A stretch of 64,000 nucleotides of DNA from NCBI GenBank assembly GCA_039096225.1, contig JBBPEB010000011.1, positions 620,001 to 684,000 of the forward strand. The letters are read 5' to 3'. Positions 34,190 to 63,217 of this stretch are shown here, one piece after another (position 1 is the stretch's first letter; the number at the start of each line of letters is the position of its first letter). The position numbers and the translations under genes were made by a program. This DNA is from Blastocystis sp. Blastoise (lineage: Eukaryota; Protista; Bigyra: Opalinata). A model generated the notes under the pieces. It did not search any database, was not told the DNA's origin, and worked only from the letters and a program-made list of their open reading frames with translations.

Positions 34190-34870
34190 ATGATTCTAAG
34201 TTTTCTTTTTGAAATCATAAATTATTTTGTATAAAATATGCTTTTGCTTGAAGTATTTATATGTTTTTTATATAAATTTATTTCTTTATGAAATACTTTG
34301 TGTTGAAAATATTATAAAAGTTTTTTGTTGTTGTTTTGTTTGCTGTACAATTATTGTAATCATACTATTTTTTATTGAATAAGTTATAATTTTCATCACA
34401 AAATAAATTTTTTTATGATTTCAAGACAAATGTCCTTTTTATATTATGGTTTATGCGCGAAATACTTTTCTTTTATATTTAAAACACATTTTACATAATT
34501 CATGAATTATAAGAACACTTTTTATGGTAATTCCAAAGAAATTTTGCAAAAAAACAAATGTGCTTATATATCAATATAATAAACTTTTTGTAGCTATAGC
34601 TCACATTATTTACATAATTTTGTGAATATTGCTATTTATTTTTCATAGAAAGAATTCAAAAAATGACAATTTATCTAATATAAATTCATGATTAATATCT
34701 TCTTTTTTCTTTCTGTAATCTATATAAACGTTATATGTTATAAATATCTCAAATGTGATTTTAAAATAATATAAAAACCCTTTAAAATTTTTAAATAATT
34801 TTTATTGATTAATCTAATGAAACAAAGTCAAAATATTTAAATATTTCCGGTTTTTACTTTGAATATTTAA

Positions 34871-37800
34871 ATGATGTATACATGGTCATTCTACTGTCTT
34901 TTATTTTTTTTATTACACTTTAATCGTAAACATTACTTATTGATTATGTTATATACTTTAGAATTAGCATTTACAGAGATCTTAGCAAATTATGATTCTG
35001 ATTCAAGCTGAGTTTTTCTTTTATAACAGTTCTAATCAGTTCCAGGTTGATATTTGGAAGCAAAATTCAAATATTGAGTCGTTTACTAAGTTACCGTCAA
35101 CTCAAATCAAGCCATTCCTATTTATTTGGAGATTACAATCATTCAATGATACTCTTTATTTTTCAATGTCTTCTCAGTAAATCATTTTGTTATTTTTCAT
35201 TTAAAAAAATGATACTCTTAGTTGTTTTTTATATTTAATAAAGTACATATCTTTATAGGTCACCAGATGATATACAATTTGATGTGTTATTGCAAATATT
35301 TTATCATCAAAAATATATATTTCATAAGAAAGCAATTAACATTATTGTTAACAACACTATAAATATGATCTATATATTGAACAGTATGTTATTCGTTTTC
35401 ATTTCTTTATAATTCTATCTATATAATAAATTAAATTATATATATACTATAGTCAAATCCTTTCATCTTGATTTATTTCCTTATATGCTTCCATTATCAA
35501 ATAATAATAATATTGATGATGTTGATAATATTATAGATAATAAAGGTTATAATAATAATAATAATAATAAATATACTCTATTTAACACTTCAATTCCTTT
35601 ACCCTTATATTCATTAATATCTAGCAATTCTACTTATTTAAATTCATTTTCTATCCATAAAAATAAATACCTATATTTATCATTTATATTTAATAATATT
35701 ACAATAAAATCAGTTGTTTTTCAACAATTTGATTATTCATCACAAATTGTTAATAAGTATATATTATTATATATTTATAATTATTATATATCTTTATTTA
35801 TTATATATCTATAATTATCATTTATTATATATATAATTATCATATATCTATAATTATCATTTATTATATATCTATAATTATTATATATTTATATTTATCA
35901 TTTTGTATTACCTTTTCTAGCACACTTGAATTACCTTCTATTCTTCTATTCCCTTCACCTTTACTTCAAATAACCGCGGGAATGCATAACTATAAACCTT
36001 CTTTAGATCTCTTTTCTATCGATTTCTATCATGTCAATGATACTATGAAATTATGTATATTTATTATATTTAAAAGAAAATTATTATTTCACATACATTC
36101 TTTTAATTCTATATTACATAATTATTATATATCTATAGTCTCAATGTTCAATTCTCTGGAGAATGAGAGTAATAATAATGGTAGATATATACCTATATTC
36201 AATAATAAATCATAAAATATTTTTTGATATTATTATCATTATTATTATATATAGATTGTTCAAAACTAGATTTTCCTTTATATCTTGATTTTCATTCATT
36301 AGGAATAGAATTACCCTATTTTACTATTCAGTCTCTTACGAATCATATTATTTATTTCAATTCTACATCTATTTCTTATACTTCTTTTCAATATCTACTT
36401 TGTATTCCTATGGATTCGTATCATATACAAATGTATTCACAACAATCTCATTGGCTAACGCTGACATTTCTTCAACTTAAAGAATATATATCTACATCTA
36501 TTATCGTTCCTCTTTATACTATCTCTTATATGAATACGCAATATTCATATATATCCATTTATTTACATTATTCTATTCCTTATTTCTCTTCTTTATGGAA
36601 ATATACTCTACTCAATAATGATCCCTCTTGGAATACTATTTCCTTTAATGACTCTAATTGGAGCATATTATATGATACAACATCTTCAAATTCCTATACA
36701 ATATTCTCTCTTAATAATTCTTCTATTGTATCCTCTTCATCTTCTACTTATATAAAAAATACAAATAATACTATATATAATAATCAAATAAATAATAGTT
36801 TATATAATTATCAATTAAAGAATAATGATAATATCAATAACACTAATAATAATATTAATAAAACAAATAATAATAATATTAATAAAACAAATAATAATAA
36901 TACTATTTATACATCTATATATCACAGTATACCTACACATTTTGCACGCCTTCGCTATTTATTCTCTTCTCCTTCTAATTTCACACTTCTTTTCTCCTCT
37001 ATAGATATTCATCTATATATTTGTGGTCAATATTCTATATATATTAATGGGATATTAATACATTCTCAAAGTAATACTATCGATAATTCCAATAGTTGTA
37101 AGTATGGGTTTCATTGGGTGTCTATTAATTATCCTATAGATATTTTATTAGATTCTCTAAATTTACTAGCATTACAAATAGAAGAATCACCACAAACGAC
37201 GTTTATTCCTTCTGATTTTTTAATATCTTTACGTTTCTCTATTTCAAATCCATTTCCCCGTGATTATATACCAGATATTATTATTAATACTACATCAATT
37301 ATTAATTATGATTCTAATTATAATTATAATTGTACATATAATTCATTATCCTCATCTTCTTTATATCCTTTATCATCATCTCTTCATTCCCTTATTGATT
37401 TAAATTTATATACATATACTAATATATCATTTATTCCAAATACAAAAATTACATTTACTCTCTATCTACCATTGTATCATTATTTATATATTAATAAATA
37501 TTGCTTAATTTCAAACCCTATAGATCTATATAACAATCCAAGTAGTTGGACACTTTATGCAAGTAGTGATACTATAAATTATATACAATTACATACTGTA
37601 TCTTCTACTATTTTTCAATCACTTTCCTCTTCTCGATGTTTCTATTTATATAATAATAATAAGATATTTTCATCTTTTCGAATCACTATTACTTCTATTC
37701 TTAGTAATTATATCATAAATCCACAATTATATATCTCTCAAATTCTCTTTTATTCTGTAAATATACGACAAATGTCACTTCTTCCTTTATCCTATCCTAT

Positions 37801-40489
37801 TCAAAGTATTAATACAACTATATATACACCCTTCTCCCCTTTATTACCTATATATGATTATTATCATTCATTCACGGTATTCCCGCGGTTACCTAGTCCT
37901 TTATATTTGGATGATACTACAGGGTCTATTCTTGGTATTCCTTCTATTCCTCTTCCTACTACATCTTATAGTATATCTGCATATTCACCTAATGGTAATT
38001 ATTCCAGTTTTACTATATATATAACTATATATGATTGCCCTTCTTCTTCTATTTCTTTAAGTATTTCAATTACTTTTTCATCAACATTATTTCGTGGAGG
38101 ATATATATTAAAAACACATCAATCCTTCATAGATCAGAAATATATATATTCTATAGAAAATAATCTCTTATTTAATTATTGTTTATTTGATAATTCTGTG
38201 TATATACTTGAAATTGAAAGTTATGAATTCATGTGGAATCATGCTCTATTAACTATAATATCAAATAATAATATTATTTATGATTCCTTATTCTTAGAAG
38301 AAGATGAAACTACACGTACATATATTATGAATCCTTTCTTTCTTATATCTTCTATGTCCTATATATGGTCCTACCGTATTCCCTGTAATGATCCTATTCC
38401 TTTATTATGGTTTAGTTATATAGATAAAGAAGACCTATATAATTGGAAACAATCTTCACTAGAAAATCTTCTTCCTTTCTATATTTCACCTCTTTATTTA
38501 AGAACATTATTGAATATAACAAATAATTCACTTTATAGTATGATATCATTTACATTGAATACTACATGCTCATTTAAATTATATTTGAATGGATATAATA
38601 TTCTTAATTATAATATACTACAACATGAAAATCAAACTAATTATCTCAATATACAATCATTAAATATATTAAAAACTACTCATTCATTTAATATATTTCA
38701 ATATATAATTCCTATTACTGATTTAAATCTTAATATAAATAACAATATACTAGCACTAAAAATAGAATATGATGAATATATTCTGTCAAAAGTATTTTTA
38801 TCATCATTACGTTATTCTAAACGAAGTTCTCAATCCGATATACAACATTCTCTATATTCATTGAATCCTTATGATTATTTTGATATTTCTTTATTGTTAA
38901 ATCCTTCTGGGTATTATATACGTCAACAAGGAATACCAATATATCTAGAAAATCAACAGAATTTAGAATTATTATTTGATGATAACGATAAAACTATATA
39001 TCTAGAAAAACAATCTTGTGAAGATACTATAATAATATATCAATTTAATAATAAGAGTCGACCCATAATAAATGGGTATTCTATTACTACTGGTTCTACT
39101 TGTAATAGTCGTCATCCGTCATCGTTCGCTTTTGAGGGATCTAATGATAATAGCCTATGGATTATGTTACATATACAAACTGATGTCTTTTATTCTCAAT
39201 ATTCAGAAACTCGATCTTTTCAGTTTTATAATAATCAACAATTTCAATATTATCGTTTTCGTGTATTAGAATGTAAAAATATGGATTTGAAATCATCATT
39301 CTTTTCTTCTTCTCTTTCCACTCCTTCTTCTCTTTCTACTCCTTCTTCTTCTTCTTCTCCTTCTCCTCCTCTCTCTTCTTCTCTTTCTTCTTTTCCTCTT
39401 TCTTCTTCTTCTCCTTCTCTTTCTACTCCTTCTCCTTCTCCTTCTACTCCTTCTCTTTCTCCTTCTCCTCTTTCATTAAATCAATCTAACACTGATTGTG
39501 AAACAACAACTGATTATCATGCTTATTTTCAACTTGCAGAAATACGTTTTTATTCTTATTATATTCCTATTTCTTGTTCTTCTACAAATGATTATCCTTC
39601 TGCTTCTAATGGTACGTATTCATTCTCCCCATGTTTATATCCTTATGAAATAGGAGGAATAGGACATTATTGTTTTCAAGGAACTATTCTATATACTTCT
39701 AACTTTTGTATTCCTCCACGTCCTACCTCTTTTTCTTATTCTTCTCGAGTTATAAATGTATATTTTGTTGAATTAATAGATATTTTACCTCAATGTGAAG
39801 GATATGAATTACAATATAATATTACTCCTTCTCTTCCTTTCTCTTTATCATTTGATACTTCGAATGGACATATTCATGGATATCTCTTATCTTCTATAAA
39901 TTCAACAGAATATACACTATACTGCTCAAATCGTAGAGGATCTTTAAAAACTACAATTATGTTCGTTCCCTTAACGAATTATTATTCAATGTTTTCTTTC
40001 TGGATATGTATTCTCTTTATTATTCTTATTGTTCTATTACTAATTCTTTTCTTTTTTATACGAATATCTCTTCGATATAAAGAAAGACGTTTGCAACAAG
40101 AAACACCCTATTTTGATTCTTTAAAAACAGATCAATCCTTATTCACTAAATTAATTCAAGGAGAACGACATATGTATATTAAGAAATGTACAATTCCCGT
40201 AGAAGAAATCGGATATCGAACACGAGTTGAAATTATAAAAGATCCAGAACCTCTAATCTTTCAAGATTCTACTCGAAATGTTAATCACAATATGATTCGA
40301 AATTCTAATCATAATATGATTCGAAATGTTAATCATAATATGATTCGAAATGTTAATTATAATATGATTCGAAATACGAATCAAAATTCTAATCAAAATT
40401 CTATTCGAAAACAAGAAATAATATCTTTTACTTTGAGAAATACAAGTACTGTAAAGAAACCTTCTTCTCTAAGTATTATGCATCGATAA
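34871..40489 (+). CDS. Large type I membrane surface protein with discoidin/F5/8-like and putative Ig (He_PIG) modules, 6 introns near the 5' end
   Basis: Hydrophobic N-terminus; P..W/F...G/AS.D motifs (NPSSWTLYASSD, HPSSFAFEGSND); He_PIG-like LP..L..D...G.I.G twice; S/P-rich linker; TM FWICILFIILIVLLLILFFFI; cytoplasmic tail. Confidence 0.75.
40274..40375 (+). repeat. 24-bp coding tandem repeat (RN[V/S]N[H/Y]NMI)x4 in the cytoplasmic tail
   Basis: cgaaat(g/t)(t/c)taat(c/t)a(c/t)aatatgatt repeated four times. Confidence 0.9.
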
Positions 40490-42124
40490 GATATATATAG
40501 ATAGATATAATTATATATATATACATATATAATTATATATATATAGTATCTTATATATATATATATAGTTTATCTCCTATTTTAATATATATTTTTTGTA
40601 GATTCTTTTATTTTTATTTATTATTTACCTATTTATTTTTTTTTATTATTAATTTTCAATATACTTTTTATTATTCTACATCTATTTTTAGTTTTTTGTT
40701 TTTGTTAAATATAAATATTTTTTTTTTTTTGCAAATTATATTTGTTATTGTTTATTCTCATTGTTTTTTTTTAATTATATTTCAAGATCATTACATGAAT
40801 ATATATGATAACTCATATATTGGGTATACATATATAGCTACTTGAAATTATTTTTGTTTCCTTTTTATTTTGGTTTATTCACTCTTATTTCTTGAATTCT
40901 TATATATAATTGTTTTCTAAATATTTATTTTTATATAATTTTTGATAGTTGTTCTTTATTCATTTTTATTAATTGATGTTTATTCTTATAAATATAAATA
41001 TATATATCCTAGTATCATCAATATTCTTTTCTATTTTCCTTTTTATTGTATAATATTTATTAGTTTTTTTTTTATCTTCAACTTTTTTTCAATCTTAATA
41101 TATATTTAGGTTTTAATATATATATTACTTTTCACATATATCTCTCCTTTTGCTCTATGCAATGTGTTTATTACTTATTGTTTTCGATATATATATAGAA
41201 TTAATTAATTCTTTTTGATATGATTGTTTTTATATATTTATTATATCACACTTTTCTTTTCGTTTTGTTTGTTTTTCTAAGTTTTTTCATAGTTTATTTG
41301 TTATCTTTAATTATATATTCATTATATGCTATACTTATTTTTGAGATACTCTTCTTGTCTCTAATTAGTTTGCAACATTTATATTATATTACTCATGAAT
41401 TCATGCATATATCTTTATAATAACGAGCGTTTATATCTCTTTTCGAACTATTATTCACTATATATACTAGAAATGATATAAACTCATATATTTAGCATCA
41501 AAAGCAATTAATAATTTATATTCTTTATTTTTGGCAAATACTACACCCAAAGAATACACATAAATCTAGAAACGATATTCTTAACCACAAGAAACTACAA
41601 ACTATTTCAAATTATTAATAATTAGCTGCTATTTTTGTGGTTACAAAATTTAAATTATTCTTTACTATCATTATAACATTTCTAAATAATAAACATTTAA
41701 AAATATGGAGATTCTTACACAATTTGTTAAAATTATATCAAACATGAGGCATAGAAACAGTTGATTATATATAAGATGCGTCTTAATCATAAAAATTTAT
41801 TCATTTATCCAGAAAATAATAAACCTTGATTATGAAGAGAAACTAAATGTGACATTAACCACCGCAAACAACTTATCCTAAATCAAGTTCATTGTGCTTA
41901 AATATTTAATGAATTAATATAAACATTTATCTCTATTTTAAAAACATTTTTAGAAATAAGAATAAATTCTTTAAATTTCTAAAATAATTACGTTTTTATT
42001 GTAATATTCTTTATAAAGACTCTATTTCGATTTATAAATATCATTTAAATTCTTTTTTAGCAATAAAGATGTATCTAGGATATGCCTAAACTAGAATTAT
42101 TTTATTTATATACAATTATAGAAC

Positions 42125-43244
42125 ATGTTATTAGAAACAAGAGTTCCTTTTCCAGGTACAAATGCTGATACGTATAAAGGAGGCCTTTATATGATATCTA
42201 AAGAGCAAGAAGAATATACTACAGGTGATGAAGGTGTCGAATGGTTAGTGAATGAAAGGTATATGAGTTTCTAAATGGTTTTTCAGTTAGCTTTATATTT
42301 GAATGAATAGTTTTGATAATACTGATGGACATATGGGTAAGTCATCTATTTCAGGAGTTGAAATTCCCCACAAGAAAGGTCAATATACCCATAAAAGGTA
42401 TTGTATTTATATTTAAAATCTAAAATATATTGTTTTCAACGTTTTAGATATTATCTTTCTTCTTGGTTACCGAAAGCCATCACGTATCTTCTTCCTAAAA
42501 GTATTTTTTTTTCTCTAGATAATTCTATTCCTTGAATTTCTACATATGTGACACTTATAGAATTATCATATATTGAGGAAGAAAGTTGGAATTGTAATCC
42601 TTATGGTTTAACAGTTAGTACAAATCCATTTCTTACGAAATTTAAATTAATCATTGAATCTAATAATATAGAAGATAATGTATGATACTATAATCTATAA
42701 ATCATTTTTATGAATATAATTACTATTTAGGGAAATACAGAAAACGCACTCTTTTTAAATGAAGACGAATTAAAAGAAAGAGAAGTTATTCTTATTGATT
42801 TTATGAATTCTGAGATTGATTCGAAAGAATTTAATTCCATTACAGAATTTCATAACAACAACACAGATATTTCTCCATTATCAAAAACATGGATGAATTC
42901 AACACGTATAAAATCATTCTTTTCAATATATGATTCATGATATATATAGAACCTATTAGTTGCTGTTACAGAATAACAAAACTTATGTATCCATACAAAT
43001 TTCTTTAATTAAAGAATATTCTTAAATATATATATATAGAGTTCCATATTTCGGTATTGAAACTATTGCAAAGAGTATATTAAGGAAAAAACAAGTAGAA
43101 CTATTAATTTCTCACGCAAGAAAAATGTGGATTAATCAAAAAGAATGGAACAAATTAACGATGGAAGACATTCGTGACATAGAAAAGAAGCAAATGGACC
43201 AAGTTAACTCTAAATTACACGTATCTGAAAAAAGTAGTCAGTAA
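42125..43244 (+). CDS. START-fold phosphatidylinositol transfer protein, 6 coding introns
   Basis: MLLETRVPFP..GGLYMI..GDEGVEWLVNE, KGQYTHKRYYL, EESWNCNPY, CCYR, W..LTMEDIRDIE. Absent from the ORF track. Confidence 0.9.
42987..43039 (+). other. Probable U12-type GT-AG intron in PITP
   Basis: 5' GTATCCAT (same variant as the PUS7 AT-AC intron), branch-like TTCTTTAAT and TTCTTAAAT. Confidence 0.55.
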
Positions 43245-43841
43245 TTAATTGTTTCTTATTTTTCTATTTTTTTTGTTTAGAATCATACATATCATAGCAT
43301 ATATGATTGTACTTAGGTTTTTGATACGAATTAATATAATTCAAAGTAATAAAGTCTTTATTCTTTATATTTTTGATTGAACACATTTCTATAATATAAG
43401 CCAATCATTCATTGGTTCTTCTATATTTTATTGGAAAATAAGATGAATTTATCCAATCTTTTGAAAGTACTGATATTACTGTTTCTTGAACATTTTAATA
43501 TGTTAAAATACTTCAATTTTTTTTGTTTATATATAAAACGCAATGTGTACATATATATACAGTTCAACATGATTCATTTAATTCTTTAATTCTCTTTATT
43601 CTCACTAATTATCGACTTTTGTGTTTTGTATCTTAATCTCATTGAAATATTCTGGAAATCTCAGCCAATCATTTGAGAGAATTCTGTTTTCAATTATTTT
43701 CATGGTATTTCGTCATATTTCATATTTAAACAAAGTTTGTCGTCATATATAATTATCTTCACTTAATCATTATTGATATTTTAAGTAAAGATAATTTATA
43801 TTCTGTAATCAATTAAAAGAAACTGCAAATACATTAAAAAA

Positions 43842-45301
43842 ATGAAGCTCTATCAATTGAGTGTCATTCACATTATTATTATTTACTTACTTGGATTGAT
43901 AACTGGTGTGAAGATCTATTCCGTATGCGTATGAATGATCATTATTTTTGTAACTGATATAGAATGCTGTTAAAAGAACAATTTATTCTCCTTTCTTTTC
44001 TGAAGGCTCTTTTTATTATGCTCCTCATAGCGAAGTAAAGTTAGAGATGGTTGATGAAGAACCTATTGAGCAAGTACATGAGACATCTCAACATGTTACT
44101 CCAAGTATTCCACAAACTAAGTCAATTGTATGTGTTATTGTCTACTCATTATTTCTAAACATATATATTTCGATAGATTTCAAAAAGAAATTATCCTGAT
44201 GTTCAACCTGAAGTTGTTTTACCATTTATTGTATTTTCTTTATTTATTTTTTTATCATTTAATTCTATTTATTAGCCTAAACGTGAATTAAGAATATATA
44301 ATTCAACGTTATTCTATTCTGAAAATCGAAAAGATTCTATTTTTGATTATCTTGAGGAAATTAAAGAACATTCAGATTTATATAATTCAAATACACCTAA
44401 AATATCATCAGTTAATTGGATAAAAGATAGATTTGATACTTTAGAAAATATGAAAACTTATAAAAATATTTCTGCAGATGTAAATAGATAATTTTTTATT
44501 GTTTTATATTTATATTATTATTAATATTTTTTTGGTTATTCATTTATATATAAACTATTTTTATGTTTATTATTTATAATGTATTATTCTATATATAGGA
44601 ATTAGAAGATTATGTTTTTACATTAAGAATTGTATATAAATATATATTTAATTATGTTCTATTCATTTATATTATTTTTTATAATAATGATAATAAATAT
44701 AATTCTATACAATATAATAATAAACATAATAATAATAATATATAGAGATTAAGTATGTGTTTAAATACTTTAGATCATGTAAAAACAGAACATGATTTCG
44801 AACAGCAAATGACCTATTTAAATAAATCGTTAGCAACATTCTCATTATTTAAAAAACAAGAAAAACAAGCTATTAAATTTATTCAAGATTGGCGTAAAGA
44901 ATGGCCTGGAGAAACATATATGGTGACTCGTCGATATGAAGAAGATTTCTATATAATGCATTTAAAACTAAATACTTTAGGATGGGAATATAATGAAAAT
45001 GAACATAATTTTATACAAGTACCTAAATTATCCGAAAAAACATTTAATTCTTTTATGAAAAACCATACACGATTAACACTTACAAGTGAACATAAAAGCT
45101 GGTCACAACGACAAATTATGTCGAAATCATTCTGCGAACAAGGAGTATATATAATGTTTTATTTATTTTTTTTTTATTATTATTTTATATATTTTTATTA
45201 TTATTATACTTATTAGCCTATGAAAAAACAAGTCGATAATACAGTATATAATCGTGTTTTTAATCCTCAAGAACTATGGAGAAATGAAGTATATATATAT
45301 A

Positions 45302-45383
<82 letters not shown>

Positions 45384-45397
45384 TTATTATACTATTA

Positions 45398-45455
<58 letters not shown>

Positions 45456-45464
45456 TTATTATAC

Positions 45465-45500
<36 letters not shown>

Positions 45501-46296
45501 GTTTACTTATTATTATTATATAGACGTCGTATCTATGGTCTGATTCTACTGTATATATATATATATTATTATTATTATTATTATTATATATAGAGATGGT
45601 ACGAACAGGAGACTCCAGAAGTTGCTTTCCCTGATACACTAAATAGCATTTATAATATGCCCTATCCTATGACAGTATTATTATGTCATCCTAATAAACT
45701 ACCAACACAACTAATCAATGACTTAAAAAAGTATATATATACTATATACTATATATACTATATATACTATATAGATATTTCCGTAATTTAGAAGTAATAC
45801 CGATTAATATTGGAAGTGTATATATATATAATATTTATATATATATATATATATAGAACTATACTGATAATGGTGGTTTCTTAGTTTATGAGTATGTATA
45901 TATATATGTATATATTTATATTATCTATATATAGAACGTTAAAAGCTGTTAAAACACGTTATATTATGTTATTAGATCATACAGTGACACTCAATAAATA
46001 CTCAAGATTAGATTTATTAGAATATGTATATATATATATATATTTGTATTTATAAATTCATTTATTATCATATATATATAGGCTGTAGCTGGTATGTTTG
46101 TTGATGTTGTCGCAGGAAGCGAAGAAGATCAAGATCACGTGCTCTCTTTTAAATGCTTCAAGCCAAAGAATCAATTTGGTAAATATTCTTATATGTACGG
46201 ATATCATAACACATTTTATTATTTTTCAATTCAAATTCCTGGAATAGTTAACACATTGGCAACTTATGTATATATATATATATTATTTGTTATATA

Positions 46297-46332
<36 letters not shown>

Positions 46333-46500
46333 GAATGGTCAAGTATGTTATAGAGGATCTTCTTATATATTAACACGAAAAGAAGTACTACTCAGTAAGT
46401 GGAAACCAAAATACCCTCTACCTTTAGCTATTCAAGGTATATATATATATATATATATATATGTTATTATTATTATTATTACTATTATTATTATTATTAC

Positions 46501-46559
<59 letters not shown>

Positions 46560-46743
46560 TGTATATATTTATATGAGATATTATAAATACTAATATATAT
46601 AGCATTTATGATGGATATAAAGGATATATATACATTTGGTTCTGTTCCTTATGTCACATTAAATCATGTAATTAGCGATGAAAACACTATATATAAACCA
46701 TTACAGAAATTAGATCGATCAGTTCGACAGTATATATATATTA

Positions 46744-46837
<94 letters not shown>

Positions 46838-47105
46838 CATTATTATTATCATTATTATTATATTTATTATTATGCTAATTAATATATATATATATATAGA
46901 AAGTTTGGTGAGGATTATCGTATGTCTATATATATTGATACAGAAAAGAGATTTACATGGATGCCTTATCTTCCTAATGACTATAATGTATATATATATA
47001 TATATATACTATTTATTTATTATTATTATTATCTCCCTATAAATAGATACGTGCTCAGGCTTTTGGCGTTTCTTCCGCGGGAATGACTAACCCTCTTCAT
47101 TTCTT

Positions 47106-47154
<49 letters not shown>

Positions 47155-47954
47155 TAGTCAACATGATTTATTAATTGAATTGGATAAAATGATGAGAGAA
47201 TTTAATATACCTTATACACCTATTGCTGGTACATTACTTTCTGCTGTTGCATTTGGTGGAATATTCCCGTGGGAATATGATACTGATTATAGATTTTCTG
47301 CTCCTAATGATATTGATCTCTCAAAATCTGTTGGTCAAATCATTGAATCTAGTGTTAACCGTACAAAGAACACAGATCTTTTACATTTACCAAAAGAAGA
47401 TTTATTATCAGCTCCTGCACGTGCTAATCGAGTAGCAGCGAATAGAAATGGAATGTCTTCTATTTCAATCCCCAGACCCCCTGCCGTTAGAAATATGAAT
47501 GCCGCACGTATGAAACTATTTAAAAATAATTATTGCGAACTTCTTAAAGAACTAAAACGTATATATATATATATATTATAATAATAATTATTATTATTCT
47601 ATATAATTGTATATCACTATATATATATAGCCTATTTATTAGAGAGATTGAATAAGTCGAGTATAGCAATGAATTTCCCTCAATATACTGGAATGGACAC
47701 CTGTTCTCGCTTAACCCGTTGGGATATATATTCTGGTTATTTAGATATGTTTGCTTTATATGATCCTCCTCATAATAGCATGAATATACCCCAACCCGCT
47801 CCTTATAGAAGGGTTAAGTATTTAGGACATTTAATGAATATACCTACTAATTGGAGAGAAATGCTACACTTGGCTTATAAACGTAATTATTTCCATTCAG
47901 ATACATCGAAGGAAAAAGATAAACCATGGGCAACAGTATATATATATATATTCT

Positions 47955-47990
<36 letters not shown>

Positions 47991-48124
47991 TTATTATATA
48001 TATAATAATATAGTGTGACCCTTCGCTTCAAAGTCATCCGAATTGTATTAAGAATACTGATGATATATATGAATATATACAATTATTTACAGATGAAGTT
48101 CGTTATTGGCCTAGAGTCGAGTAA
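43842..48124 (+). CDS. Type II membrane FKRP/fukutin-like LicD nucleotidyltransferase-fold protein, about 21 introns
   Basis: N-terminal anchor (VIHIIIIYLLGLITGV), stem with GT-like VKTRYIMLLD, LicD motif GTLLSAVAFGGIFPWEYDTD, later YLDMF and IP.NWREMLHLAY. Confidence 0.75.
47108..47153 (+). other. 46-nt intron consisting solely of G(TA)22G
   Basis: Removal joins HFLG-SQHDLLIELDK in frame with the LicD exon; 46 nt is not a multiple of 3. Confidence 0.85.
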
Positions 48125-48719
48125 TATATATACATTATATACATTATATTTACATTTATATTTATATATATACTTACGCTTGATATATAATATAAAATGC
48201 TTCTATTATTATTTTGATATATATATATAAATCTTAGTATAATATTATTGGGCATATTATTTATCAAATATATATATATATATTTATTTTTTTTTTAATT
48301 TTGTATATGCTACTTATTGCATTATATAAAACTTTTCTTTTTATTATTTATTCTATCTTTTTCATCTAGTGTAGCAATTTATTTATTTTTTTCATATTTA
48401 TCTTTTTATTTTTTTAATTTATTTTCAAAAATTATTTCATTTTATTCAAAAATTATTCAATCAGCTTTGAGCTAAAATTAATAGAAATTATTTTATTCAA
48501 TCATTCATTTGTTATGTATAATTATAATGATATATATATATATATTAATAAAAGAAGAAACAACATATAAAAAACATATAAACTTTAAAAACCACAAATT
48601 AAAACAAATTAAAAAAAATTTTTAATACATAAAATAAACAAAATATAAATATATAAATTGAATAACTATTTTTTAAATCATTAAAAAAAAAACATAAAAA
48701 TAATATCTATATATATATA

Positions 48720-63217
<14,498 letters not shown>

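Noticed and set aside
41420-42070. Slightly coding-looking stretch upstream of PITP
   Set aside because: No sustained frame, splice pattern or recognisable motif.
47261-47278. Identifying the recurrent motif as an EBF/COE (ATTCCCNNGGGAAT), CSL (CGTGGGAA) or E2F (TTTCCCGC) site
   Set aside because: The resemblance is real, but COE and CSL are not expected in this lineage, many copies use AACC/AATC half-sites, and the exonic location does not fit. Identity left open.
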